Shown one piece after another: positions 35,401-43,233 of a stretch of DNA of 64,000 nt. The translations under genes and the position numbers were made by a program. Source of the DNA: Planctomycetota bacterium (lineage in GTDB: Bacteria > Planctomycetota > B15-G4 > SIAN01); contig SIAN01000024.1 in assembly GCA_009691715.1 (NCBI GenBank), positions 27 through 64,026 of the forward strand, read 5' to 3'. The notes under the pieces were generated by a model. The model did not search any database and was not told the origin of the DNA. It saw only the letters and a list, made by a program, of their open reading frames with translations. The stretch's first letter is position 1, and each line of letters begins with the position of its first letter.

Positions 35401-37335
35401 GATCGGAGCGAGTTCCTCCGCGCCGAAGCCCGCGCCGTCGTCGACGATGCGGTACTGGAAGATTCCGAGGAAGCCGATCACGTTGCAGACGAGGTAGCTC
35501 TCCTGATACTCGGGCGGGAAGTGGCGGCTCGACAGGATCTCGGTCGCGCCGCACGGCCGGCTGCGCTGCGGGAAGAAGGTGAAGTAGCCGCGGTGCTTGT
35601 CGGGGTGGATGACACGGCCGGAGAAAGCCGGTGCCCAGTAGTTGTCGTTGCCGGTGCCGTCGGTCATGAACTCCTGGCCGAACCGATCGAACACGTGACC
35701 ATGCGGATTGGCGAAGTTGTAGGCGATGTGGCGTTCGACGCGGAAGCTCTTCGGATCGAAGCGCCAGACGCAGGCGTCGTGATTGCGCTCGGGGCCCCAG
35801 ATCGTCTCGATCTGCGACTGGTGGAACGTGCCCTCCTGGAAATAGAGACCGCCGTCCGGTCCGATCACGAAGCTGTTCGCGGAATGGTGCGTGTCGCCGG
35901 ATGAAAGGCCGTGCAGCACGCGCTCGCGCACGTCGGCGACGTCATCGCCATCGGTGTCCTTCAGGAACCAGAGGTCCGGCGCGCACGCCACGAACAGGCC
36001 GCCGTTCCAGAACTCGATGCCGGTCGGGTTGTGGAGCCCGCCGGCGAAGGTCTTGCACGCGTCCGCGCGGCCGTCGCCGTCCTTGTCCTCGAGGATGACG
36101 ATCTTGTCGTCCATCGCCTCGCCGGGCGCCCAATGCGGGTAACTCGGCCATACCGCAACGAACAGCCGGCCCTTCGGGTCCCACGCCATCTGCACCGGCT
36201 TGGCGAGCAGCGGGAAGTGCTTCTCGTCGGCGAACAGATCGACGCGCGTGCCGGGCGCCGGCGTCATCTGCTCGATCGCCTTTGCGCCATCGAGGAACTC
36301 GTGACGGCCACCGGCGAGCGGACCGGGATAGTTGGTGCCGACCGGAATCGCGTCGGGCACGTCGCTGGTGTCGAGCGCCGCCGGCTGGCCGCGTGCGAGC
36401 GACCAGAGCTGCCGATCGTGCGCCGCAGTCAATGCGTCGAGGATCTCCATCTCGCGCTGCAGCACGACGAAGTTCGTGACGCCGTCGAACGACAACGACG
36501 AGCGGCCGCCGTAGACGTTGTAGCCGTCGGTCGCCTGGTAGCGGTTGAACCAGAGTCTCGCCTTCTCCTGCGTCGCCGCGCGCAACGCGCTGGCCGCGAG
36601 ATCGGTCAGCGCGCTCCGATCGGCCGGCACCGGCCCGCCGAGCGCCGCGACCAGCACCTGCGCCAGGACGGCGTCGCCGGCGTCGTTCAGGTGGATGCCG
36701 TTGATCGTGAGCGGCTCGGCGTGCATCTCGTAGGCGCGCGCGAGCGGCGCGAACGCGTCGATGAACGGCACGCCGCGCCGCGCCGCGACTTCGCGGATCG
36801 CGGCGGAGTAGCTCGCAAGCTGCGCGTTCATCGGCCCGGCGGCGGGTCGCAACGGCTCGCTCTGCGGCTCGTAGGCGATCGGGCTCACCAGCACCACGCG
36901 CGGCGCCGCCGCGCCGTCGAACGACTGCGCGGAGACGTGATCGAGGAACGCCAGCAGGTCGGTGCGGAACTGCGGCAGCCCCGCCTCTCCGGCGAAGCTC
37001 TCGTTGAAGCCGAACGCGGCGACGACCACCGTGGCGCCGACGCGCGTCAGCCACTCGTCGTGCGAGCCGAAGCTCTCCGTGCGCTGGCGGACGGTGAGCT
37101 CGTCTGCGGAGAAGCCGAGATTGCGCACGACCAGCTCGTGATCGGGAAGCCGCGCGTGCAGCAGCGTCTCGAACCAGCCGCCATGCTGGAGCCGCTCGAC
37201 CATCCCGCCGCCGATCAGCGCGACGTGGTCGCCCTTCAAGAGCAGCGGCGCCGCGCCGGGCGCGGTCGCTGCATCGGGCACCTGCGGGTGCGCCGCCATC
37301 GCGGCCAGGAACCACTGGATGATCGAGCAGGGCAT
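32422..37335 (-). CDS. PVC-type heme-binding membrane-bound dehydrogenase-like protein (GDSL-like, beta-propeller, HEAT repeats, PA14, cupredoxin, cytochrome c)
   Basis: RNLGFSAD and INGIHLN; FADE..LAKPVQMAWD..GRLFV, EDKDGDGRAD; DDGSRLWIDG (PA14); MPHN...CTFPGHWRVM (type-1 Cu); CIQCH and SAMP (heme c). Confidence 0.9.
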   Translation of the reverse strand: MPCSIIQWFLAAMAAHPQVPDAATAPGAAPLLLKGDHVALIGGGMVERLQHGGWFETLLHARLPDHELVVRNLGFSADELTVRQRTESFGSHDEWLTRVGATVVVAAFGFNESFAGEAGLPQFRTDLLAFLDHVSAQSFDGAAAPRVVLVSPIAYEPQSEPLRPAAGPMNAQLASYSAAIREVAARRGVPFIDAFAPLARAYEMHAEPLTINGIHLNDAGDAVLAQVLVAALGGPVPADRSALTDLAASALRAATQEKARLWFNRYQATDGYNVYGGRSSLSFDGVTNFVVLQREMEILDALTAAHDRQLWSLARGQPAALDTSDVPDAIPVGTNYPGPLAGGRHEFLDGAKAIEQMTPAPGTRVDLFADEKHFPLLAKPVQMAWDPKGRLFVAVWPSYPHWAPGEAMDDKIVILEDKDGDGRADACKTFAGGLHNPTGIEFWNGGLFVACAPDLWFLKDTDGDDVADVRERVLHGLSSGDTHHSANSFVIGPDGGLYFQEGTFHQSQIETIWGPERNHDACVWRFDPKSFRVERHIAYNFANPHGHVFDRFGQEFMTDGTGNDNYWAPAFSGRVIHPDKHRGYFTFFPQRSRPCGATEILSSRHFPPEYQESYLVCNVIGFLGIFQYRIVDDGAGFGAEELAPIVVSTDPRFRPVDAEVAPDGSLYFLDWCNPIIGHMQHHLRDPNRDHEHGRVYRVTAVGRPLLTPKSVAGEPVEALIALLEEPENRVRYRARIELSGRESSAVVAAARKWARSRPAGEAGDAARLEALWVMQEHGVVEEPLLDALLKSGDARVRAAAVRVIRHGRNQLADPAVRLLVLARDDHPRVRLETLIAASWIGGATAAQAAFDVLRLPQDKFLLYAFGETMRTLEPDWRAALSAGQLAVADNEAAVNWLVDRASDDELAQLPRSVAVLEALVARHGTDSDSRRAALQQLAQKSHRTPFAELVRAMERVDRAGGEHARHVQHALGTELVASVRGLGGEFDLLIVLAEGGRLPETAAFAFAALMKGSGSVERVWHDAATEPRNLISLLGALEQLPESFAEAAWTKARPLQFAAGGDGGGGGDPRGEAGLLVDYYVTRLRDATRETFARLVPTASVVHDAITTALPKIDKSDAFALRFRTTLHVPVAGEWRFWLATDDGSRLWIDGNEVIENDGDHGVVEKSGVVDLAAGAHALELCYFDAGGAEGLRLQWAGPSVARQEIAKERLEAAMADVLRAAAVRAIAKVPGHEAEKLADAARLLDEGLLAGEAVELLRSLSDGAWSDAARTSAIGDALVRFARSVPAEQRTRGDVAAALDLAGSLLARQPADGARARRRELRELAGATHVIRTVPHQMLYDKKEIVVAAGQPVAIVFQNNDLMPHNLVVGAPGSLELIGTAAEAMAQQPGAQEKSFVPVLPEVLQVIRLLLPGESTTLRFVAPAQPGDYPFVCTFPGHWRVMNGVVRVVMKLSEEQLDAPVAVSEPLPAASTRTFVKLWTAEDFAAAFDDGWDQRRNASRGRAVIEEAGCIQCHWFRGLGQKSAPDLSTVATKFRDALLLKQLLEPSAAILEGYEQQFWILKDGRDVLGRIIREDAESYTVSSDLRHPEQVTRVRKSDIGKQKKSSLSAMPTGLLVTFTKDEILDLVALLQSPPPQ

Positions 37336-37415
37336 GGCGAACCTCGCGATGGACCGGGTCCTAAAAGGGCGAGAGCGTCGCGTCCCGCGGCGCTGGCTGC
37401 AAGGCGGTTATCCGT

Positions 37416-37454
37416 GACGCTTGACGGCGACGCTTGACGACGACGCTTGACGAC
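37416..37454 (+). repeat. Intergenic 13-bp tandem repeat x3 (GACGCTTGACGRC)
   Basis: Directly visible; lies between divergent genes and each unit contains TTGACG. Confidence 0.9.
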
Positions 37455-37508
37455 GACGGGTGGCGCCGCGAGAACGGCCGCCTCGAATCCCCACTGCGGA
37501 GCAGGACC

Positions 37509-38591
37509 ATGGCCTCGTCGCCTCGAATCGCCGCGCTGGTCGCGCTCGCTGCCGCCGCCGGCGCTCCCTGCGGCGCGCCGCAGGGCGCAAGCCCGCCGCT
37601 GGCGAGCCCTGCCGCTGCCAGCGCGCCCTCGCCCGGCCTCGTGTTCGAGGGCGGCGTCGGTCCCGGCAAGGGCAAGCACGTCGTGCTGCTGGCCGGCGAC
37701 GAGGAGTACCGCAGCGAGGAGTCGCTGCCGATGCTGGCGAAGGTGCTGGCCGTGCGCCACGGCTTCCGCTGCACCGTGCTCTTCTCGTTGGATCGCGCGA
37801 CCGGCGAGATCAACCCCGACGAGCAGACCAACATCCCCGGCCTCGCCGCGCTCGACAGCGCCGACTTCGCCGTCTGCGCCTGGCGCTTTCGCGAACTGCC
37901 GGACGCCGACATGAAGCATTTCGTCGAGTTTGTCGAAGCCGGGAAGCCGCTCTTGGCGCTCCGAACGGCGACCCACGCCTTCGCCTACTCGCGCAACAAG
38001 GAGAGTCCCTACGCGCAGTGGAGTTTCGACAGCGGCAAGTGGCCGGGCGGCTTCGGTCAGCAATTCCTGGGCGACACCTGGGTCAGCCATCACGGCCATC
38101 ACGGCGTGCAGAGCACGCGCGGCGTGCCCGAGCAGAACCACCAGCAGCAGGACCACCACGAGCATCCGATCCTGCGCGGCGTGACCGATGTCTGGGGACC
38201 GACCGACGTCTACGGCATCGTCCGGCTGCTGCCGACCGACACGGTGGTGCTGCGCGGTCAGGTCCTCGAAGGGATGACGCCCGACAGCAAGCCGGTCGCG
38301 GGCGCGCTGAACGAGCCGATGATGCCGCTGCTCTGGACGCGCGAGCGTGCGGTCGGCGGGAAGATGCAGCGGCTCATCACCTCGACCATCGGCGCCGCCA
38401 TCGATCTGAAAAGCGAGGGACTGCGCCGCGCGTTCGTGAACACCGTCTACTGGGGCCTCGGGATGGAGGCGGCGATCGACCCCAAGTCGAGCGTCGAGCC
38501 GGTCGGCGCCTACGAGCCGTCGATGTTCGGCTTCGGGACGTGGAAGCGTGGCGTGAAAGTCGCCGACCACGCGCTGCCCGCCAAGCAGTGA
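37509..38591 (+). CDS. ThuA-like (class I glutamine-amidotransferase-like fold) secreted protein
   Basis: Signal peptide; GPGKGKHVVLLAGDEEYRSEE.LPMLAKVLA..HGF, RTATHAF and HPILRGV motifs. Confidence 0.8.
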   Translation: MASSPRIAALVALAAAAGAPCGAPQGASPPLASPAAASAPSPGLVFEGGVGPGKGKHVVLLAGDEEYRSEESLPMLAKVLAVRHGFRCTVLFSLDRATGEINPDEQTNIPGLAALDSADFAVCAWRFRELPDADMKHFVEFVEAGKPLLALRTATHAFAYSRNKESPYAQWSFDSGKWPGGFGQQFLGDTWVSHHGHHGVQSTRGVPEQNHQQQDHHEHPILRGVTDVWGPTDVYGIVRLLPTDTVVLRGQVLEGMTPDSKPVAGALNEPMMPLLWTRERAVGGKMQRLITSTIGAAIDLKSEGLRRAFVNTVYWGLGMEAAIDPKSSVEPVGAYEPSMFGFGTWKRGVKVADHALPAKQ

Positions 38592-39373
38592 GCGAGCCGC
38601 TGCCGCGCGCCGCGCCGCTGCCGCGCGCCGCGCCGCTGTCGCTCACCGCCGAGCAGTCGCGCGCGCTCGACGCCGCGCTGACGGCCCGTCTCACGATGCC
38701 GTCGCTGCTGCTGATGGAGAACGCCGGACGCGGCGCCGCCGACGTGATCGACGCGCGCTACGGACCGGCGACACGATCCGCAGTCGCCTCGCCGCCGCGT
38801 GCCGTGGTCTTCTGCGGCCCCGGCAACAACGGCGGCGATGGGCTCGTCGTTGCGCGCCACCTGCTCGGCCGTGGCTGGCGCGTGCTGGTCTTTGACTGCG
38901 GCGGCGACCGGCCGCGGGTCGGCGACGCTGCCGTGATGCACGCAATCGTGACGGCGCTCGCGCAACTCCTCGCGGCGCCGGCTCGATGCGAGCTCGCCTC
39001 GGTGCGTGATGAATCGTCCGCGCGCACCGCCGCTGCGCGAGTCGATCCCGACGACCTCGTCGTCGACGCGCTGCTCGGCACCGGTTCGCGTGGCGAGCCG
39101 CGCGCGCCGCTCGCGACGCTGCTCAGCGCGCTGGCGAGCACGCCGAGACGGGCCGGCATCGCGCTCGACCTGCCGACTGGGATCGATGCCGATGACGGAC
39201 GCGTGGTCGGCGCCGCGTTCCGCGCTGACCTCACGCTCACCTTCGCGGCACCGAAACCGGGACTCGCGCGCGGCGACGCGATCGCGAACTGCGGCGAGAT
39301 CGTCGTGATCGATCTCGGCGTGCCGCGCGAGGCGATCGCGCGACTGGTCACGCCCCCTTGCGAATCGGCTTGA
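38588..39373 (+). CDS. nnrE: NAD(P)H-hydrate epimerase (YjeF_N, stand-alone)
   Basis: LLMENAGR, CGPGNNGGDGLVVARHL, VVDALLGTG, DLPTG, ADLTLTF and DLGVP motifs; GTGA overlap. Confidence 0.88.
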   Translation: MSEPLPRAAPLPRAAPLSLTAEQSRALDAALTARLTMPSLLLMENAGRGAADVIDARYGPATRSAVASPPRAVVFCGPGNNGGDGLVVARHLLGRGWRVLVFDCGGDRPRVGDAAVMHAIVTALAQLLAAPARCELASVRDESSARTAAARVDPDDLVVDALLGTGSRGEPRAPLATLLSALASTPRRAGIALDLPTGIDADDGRVVGAAFRADLTLTFAAPKPGLARGDAIANCGEIVVIDLGVPREAIARLVTPPCESA

Positions 39374-41126
39374 GTTCGCGCTCCTTGAACGCCGGGTGGT
39401 CGGGTGCGAACCGGATCGCGCGATAGAACGCGCTGTTCATGCCGCTGCGCCCACCGCGACCGCCGCGCGCTTCCGGTGGCCCGTCACGCTCGCCGCCGCG
39501 CTCGCCGCCGCGCTCGCCGCCGCGCTCGCCGCCGCGCTCGCCGCCGCGCTCGCCCTCACGACCGTCGCGCGGGTCACGCCCGAACGGGCTGCGGAACTCC
39601 CAGACGACCTGCCCTTGCGCGTCGACCTCGACGCAGTAGCCCTCGGCGCCCGAAGTGATCAGCGTGTTGCCGTTCTGCAGCCGCTGGGAACCCGAGACGA
39701 TCGGCGACTCGAAGGTCGCCTCGCTGGCGCCGCCGCCATAGCGCCAAAAAGGCGTCGCCGGGGCGAACGGCTTGCCGGCGTCGCGCGCGTACGTGCCGTC
39801 GGCTTGCAGCGGCAGCTCGAGCTCGACGACGAACGACCAGTCGGGCTCGCGCCCCTCCTCGCGATCCTGCTCGCGCCGCCGATCGCCCAAGATCGCGACA
39901 CCGCGGCGCACGTTGTTGTTGAAGATCAGCAGATGGCCAGCGCCGCGCAGACCGGGCTCGATCCAGCGCGCGTCGTGCTGGCCGAAGAGTTGCTGCGCCG
40001 CGGCATCGCCCGCCTGCCAGCACTGCGGATTTCCCCATCGGTAGAGCAGGTCGCCGCCCCTGCCGCGCTTGCCACCTTCGCCTGTCGCCGCCTCGGCCGT
40101 CGTCGTGGCGTGGTCGATGATCCAGACCTCGTGCTGGTTGTGGCTCGACAGCAGGAGCTGGTCGAGGCCGGCGTGGTAGGCGACCGAGTTCAAGTGGTTC
40201 CAGTCGATGCCGCCGCCCATCATTCCGAAGCCGCGATCCTGCATCCGCAAGCGCAGCCGATCTGCCTCGGGACTGCCAGGAGCCGGCGCCCTTTCGGGCG
40301 GACGCCCGCCCGCGCCACCTCCCGGGCCGCCACCTTCGCCGTCGCCACCTTCGCCGTCGCCACCGAGATAACCGAGCTTGCGCAGTCGCTCCGCTTCCTC
40401 GGCGCTCATCGCCTGCGGCAGTGCCGAGTCGCGCCGACGCAACGTATTGATGTCGATCCGCTCCGGATGCCCGATGACGACACCGAAGTTCGGCTTGGTC
40501 GGATCGCGGTCCTGGATCAGGTGATCCCACACATGCCATTCCCAGACGATCGTTCCGCCCTCCGGTCGCGTCGGCTTGACCTCGATGAGGCAGTCAGGAC
40601 GCAACCCCTGCCGTGCCGCCTCGAAATCGCGGCCCACCTCCACGACTTCGGCGAAGGTCTTGTTCTCCCAAGCGATGAGCAACACATTGCCGCCCGGCAA
40701 GACCTCGAAGTCGTGGTGCTGGCGCCGTTCCTCGTCGCAGCAGACGTAACTCCAGATCAGGTTGCCGTCCCAGTCGAACTCCTCGATCCGCCCGCCCTCG
40801 CCGCCGCCCCGCAGCGGGGTCGCACCGGGATCGCGTGCGGCGCGCATGAGATGACCGTTGTCGAGCAGGTCGACCGACTGGCCAGGCGGGAACTCGCTGT
40901 GCCACTGATGAACGACGACACCGTCGAGGTCGAGCAGCAGAGTCTCGCCCGAGTTGAACGGCGCGATCAGCGTGTAGCCCGGCTGCGCGCCCGGCTGCTT
41001 CTGCAGCACGCCGAGCGGCAGCGCAGGGCGTGAGCCGCGTGGCGCAGGCGGCTCCTGAGCGTGTACTCCGACAGACAGGCCGATCGCCAGCGACAGCGAT
41101 GCAGCGAGCGATACGGATGGCGTCAT
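39348..41126 (-). CDS. Arylsulfotransferase (ASST)-family secreted protein
   Basis: PGYTL, QHHDFEVLPGGNVL, VWEWHVWDH, DWNHLNSV, GDLLYRWGNP, GQHDARWI and QRLQNGNTLI motifs. Confidence 0.88.
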   Translation of the reverse strand: MTPSVSLAASLSLAIGLSVGVHAQEPPAPRGSRPALPLGVLQKQPGAQPGYTLIAPFNSGETLLLDLDGVVVHQWHSEFPPGQSVDLLDNGHLMRAARDPGATPLRGGGEGGRIEEFDWDGNLIWSYVCCDEERRQHHDFEVLPGGNVLLIAWENKTFAEVVEVGRDFEAARQGLRPDCLIEVKPTRPEGGTIVWEWHVWDHLIQDRDPTKPNFGVVIGHPERIDINTLRRRDSALPQAMSAEEAERLRKLGYLGGDGEGGDGEGGGPGGGAGGRPPERAPAPGSPEADRLRLRMQDRGFGMMGGGIDWNHLNSVAYHAGLDQLLLSSHNQHEVWIIDHATTTAEAATGEGGKRGRGGDLLYRWGNPQCWQAGDAAAQQLFGQHDARWIEPGLRGAGHLLIFNNNVRRGVAILGDRRREQDREEGREPDWSFVVELELPLQADGTYARDAGKPFAPATPFWRYGGGASEATFESPIVSGSQRLQNGNTLITSGAEGYCVEVDAQGQVVWEFRSPFGRDPRDGREGERGGERGGERGGERGGERGGERDGPPEARGGRGGRSGMNSAFYRAIRFAPDHPAFKERELKPIRKGA

Positions 41127-41206
41127 CTGGCGTTTCCTTGCGTTCGCGCGTCGCGATCAGGGTGGCGATCTAGAACGCGCACAGCGCAGAAAAGTAGCGC
41201 GACGCC

Positions 41207-41235
41207 TTGACGCCCGTCTGATGTCGCCCGACAAT
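41207..41235 (+). promoter_or_regulatory. Sigma70-like promoter (TTGACG-17 bp-GACAAT)
   Basis: Consensus-like boxes with ideal spacing about 60 bp upstream of ORF 41297. Confidence 0.5.
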
Positions 41236-41296
41236 TCGCCGCCGAAGAAGGCGCCGCTCGGTCGGGCCTGCACATCACGATCGCGCTCGGGATCCA

Positions 41297-42094
41297 GTGA
41301 TGCCCGGAAGGGGAAAGAGAACCGGCGAAGGCGCCGATGGCGGACTTCCGTCCCCCGAGGGGGGCGCGGTGGCGCGCGTCCGCCCCGAGCTCGGCGCGCT
41401 GCTCGAGTTGCGCCACTTCGAGCCGGGCAGCGAATCGATCGAGAGCGTCTCCTGCCGCCTCCATGACTGGCTGCGGGCGCACGGCTTCGACAAGGCGCTG
41501 TTCGTGGTGCTGTGCGAGGTGAACGCCGAGCGCATGTCGGCGGCGATCGCGCGCGAGCTCGAGCTCGGCGGCTGGCCCATCGACCGGCACGACGTGCTTG
41601 GCGAGCTCCTCTTCGTGCTTCAGCGGCACTATTCCGCGACGCGCGAGTCAGGTCCGTCCGGCGCGATCGTCGAGCTCGACGCGATCGGGAGCGGCACCCA
41701 CTTGTTCGAGGCACTGCTGGCGGTCGCACGGCGGTTGATCGAGCGCCGCGTGAAGCTGATGGTCGCCGAGTCGGCGCCGGAAACGAGTGCGACCGCTCTG
41801 CGACGGCCACACCACTGCCATCGACTGCGTGCCGACGATCTGCGCCAGTGGATCGCGCATGTCATGGTCGCGACGCTTTCGGCCGACGATCGGCGGCTGA
41901 TCCAGCTCCGAGCGCGGCGCGATCGGACCCTGCAGGAGATCGCCACTCAACTGGACTGCACGCCGCTCGAGGCCGGCCGCCGTTTGCGGCACGCCACCGA
42001 GTCGCTCTTCACCGAGGTCGATCTTGTCCTCGAGCGTCTCGACCGCGAGGCGACGGACGCGCACGCTGTCGTCGCCGAGGCCGGAAATGGTTGA
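41297..42094 (+). CDS. Divergent sigma-70 region-4-like HTH protein
   Basis: C-terminal TLSADDRRLIQLR...RTLQEIATQLDCTPLEAGRRLRHATESL matches ECF region 4; the N-half is atypical. Confidence 0.6.
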   Translation: MMPGRGKRTGEGADGGLPSPEGGAVARVRPELGALLELRHFEPGSESIESVSCRLHDWLRAHGFDKALFVVLCEVNAERMSAAIARELELGGWPIDRHDVLGELLFVLQRHYSATRESGPSGAIVELDAIGSGTHLFEALLAVARRLIERRVKLMVAESAPETSATALRRPHHCHRLRADDLRQWIAHVMVATLSADDRRLIQLRARRDRTLQEIATQLDCTPLEAGRRLRHATESLFTEVDLVLERLDREATDAHAVVAEAGNG

Positions 42095-43145
42095 GCGCAA
42101 CGACCTCGTCGTCGATGTCGTTCGCGGCGAATCCTGCAAGGGCCGCCGCGAACAACTGCTCTCGCTCGCCGCGTTGCGCGACGAAGCACCCGACCGAGCC
42201 GCGACCGAGCACCACCTTCGCGCCTGCGCGCCGTGCCGCGCCTTGCTCGAGACTTTGCGCATGGAGCTGCGCCTCGGTGCCGACGCCTGGAGCGAGCTGC
42301 GCGCGCGCCACCACCCACGCGAAACTCCGCCGTTCGATCTCGCCATCCCGAAGTCGTTCGCGTCATGGCTCGACGCCGAGCTCTCCCACCGCACCGAGCA
42401 GGAACTCGCCCACGCCCTCGCTCGTGCCGCGCGCTGGCTGTTGAGGCTCGATTCCGAGGTGGCGGCGCGGACCGAAACCTCCGAGCCGTCGGCGTGCGAC
42501 GGCCACTCGATCATCGTCGAACTCGAAGGACTGCTCGCGCTGCACCAGCGCGACGGGAGCGCGTTCCAATCGCTGCTGCGGGACTTGAAGGCACTGCTTG
42601 CGAGCGCCGACTCCAGAATCGCCGACGCGACTCGCCTCGCGGGGAAGCTGCTGGAGAGTGCGCGCGAGCTCTGCGGCGGACGCTCCGGATTCGTGTGGCT
42701 CAACTCGGCGATCTTCGAGTGGTTCCACGGTGAACTCTCGCAAGTGCCCGGCTTGCTCGAGCGCGCCGAGCGCCACGCGCAATCGGCGGACACCCGCGCC
42801 TGCGCCCTGCAGAATCTCGGAATCCACGCCTCCGACCGCGGCGAGCATGATCTGCGCTTCGCCCTGCTGCGGCGGGCACTGCTCGCGAGACCAAGCGCAA
42901 ACTACGAATGCGACCTTCACGTCACGTTGGCAACGTGGCACGCATCGATCGGCGAGCTCGCGGCCGCGAAATCGCACTTGCGGGCGACGAACAGCAACGG
43001 CGCGCGCGAAACGACACGCCACCGCTATCCAAGGTCACGCATCCGGACGCTGATCTCGGAACTCTCGATCCGCTACGACCTGCAGACGACGCCGGCCGAT
43101 CAGGCGGTCGCGCTGCTCATCGAGGCGATCCATGGAACACGCTGA
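42087..43145 (+). CDS. Putative zinc-binding anti-sigma-like (zf-HC2) protein with TPR-like helices, soluble
   Basis: C..RREQLL...EHHLRACAPCR (HxxxCxxC); ALQNLG-type TPR; overlaps the upstream gene. Confidence 0.6.
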   Translation: MVERNDLVVDVVRGESCKGRREQLLSLAALRDEAPDRAATEHHLRACAPCRALLETLRMELRLGADAWSELRARHHPRETPPFDLAIPKSFASWLDAELSHRTEQELAHALARAARWLLRLDSEVAARTETSEPSACDGHSIIVELEGLLALHQRDGSAFQSLLRDLKALLASADSRIADATRLAGKLLESARELCGGRSGFVWLNSAIFEWFHGELSQVPGLLERAERHAQSADTRACALQNLGIHASDRGEHDLRFALLRRALLARPSANYECDLHVTLATWHASIGELAAAKSHLRATNSNGARETTRHRYPRSRIRTLISELSIRYDLQTTPADQAVALLIEAIHGTR

Positions 43146-43233
43146 AATGGAACACCCCGTGGCCGCGCGGCGCGACCGCCGGCGTGGCGGTCCGGCGACC
43201 GGAACCGCGGGCACCGGCTGATCGCTCGCCGAC

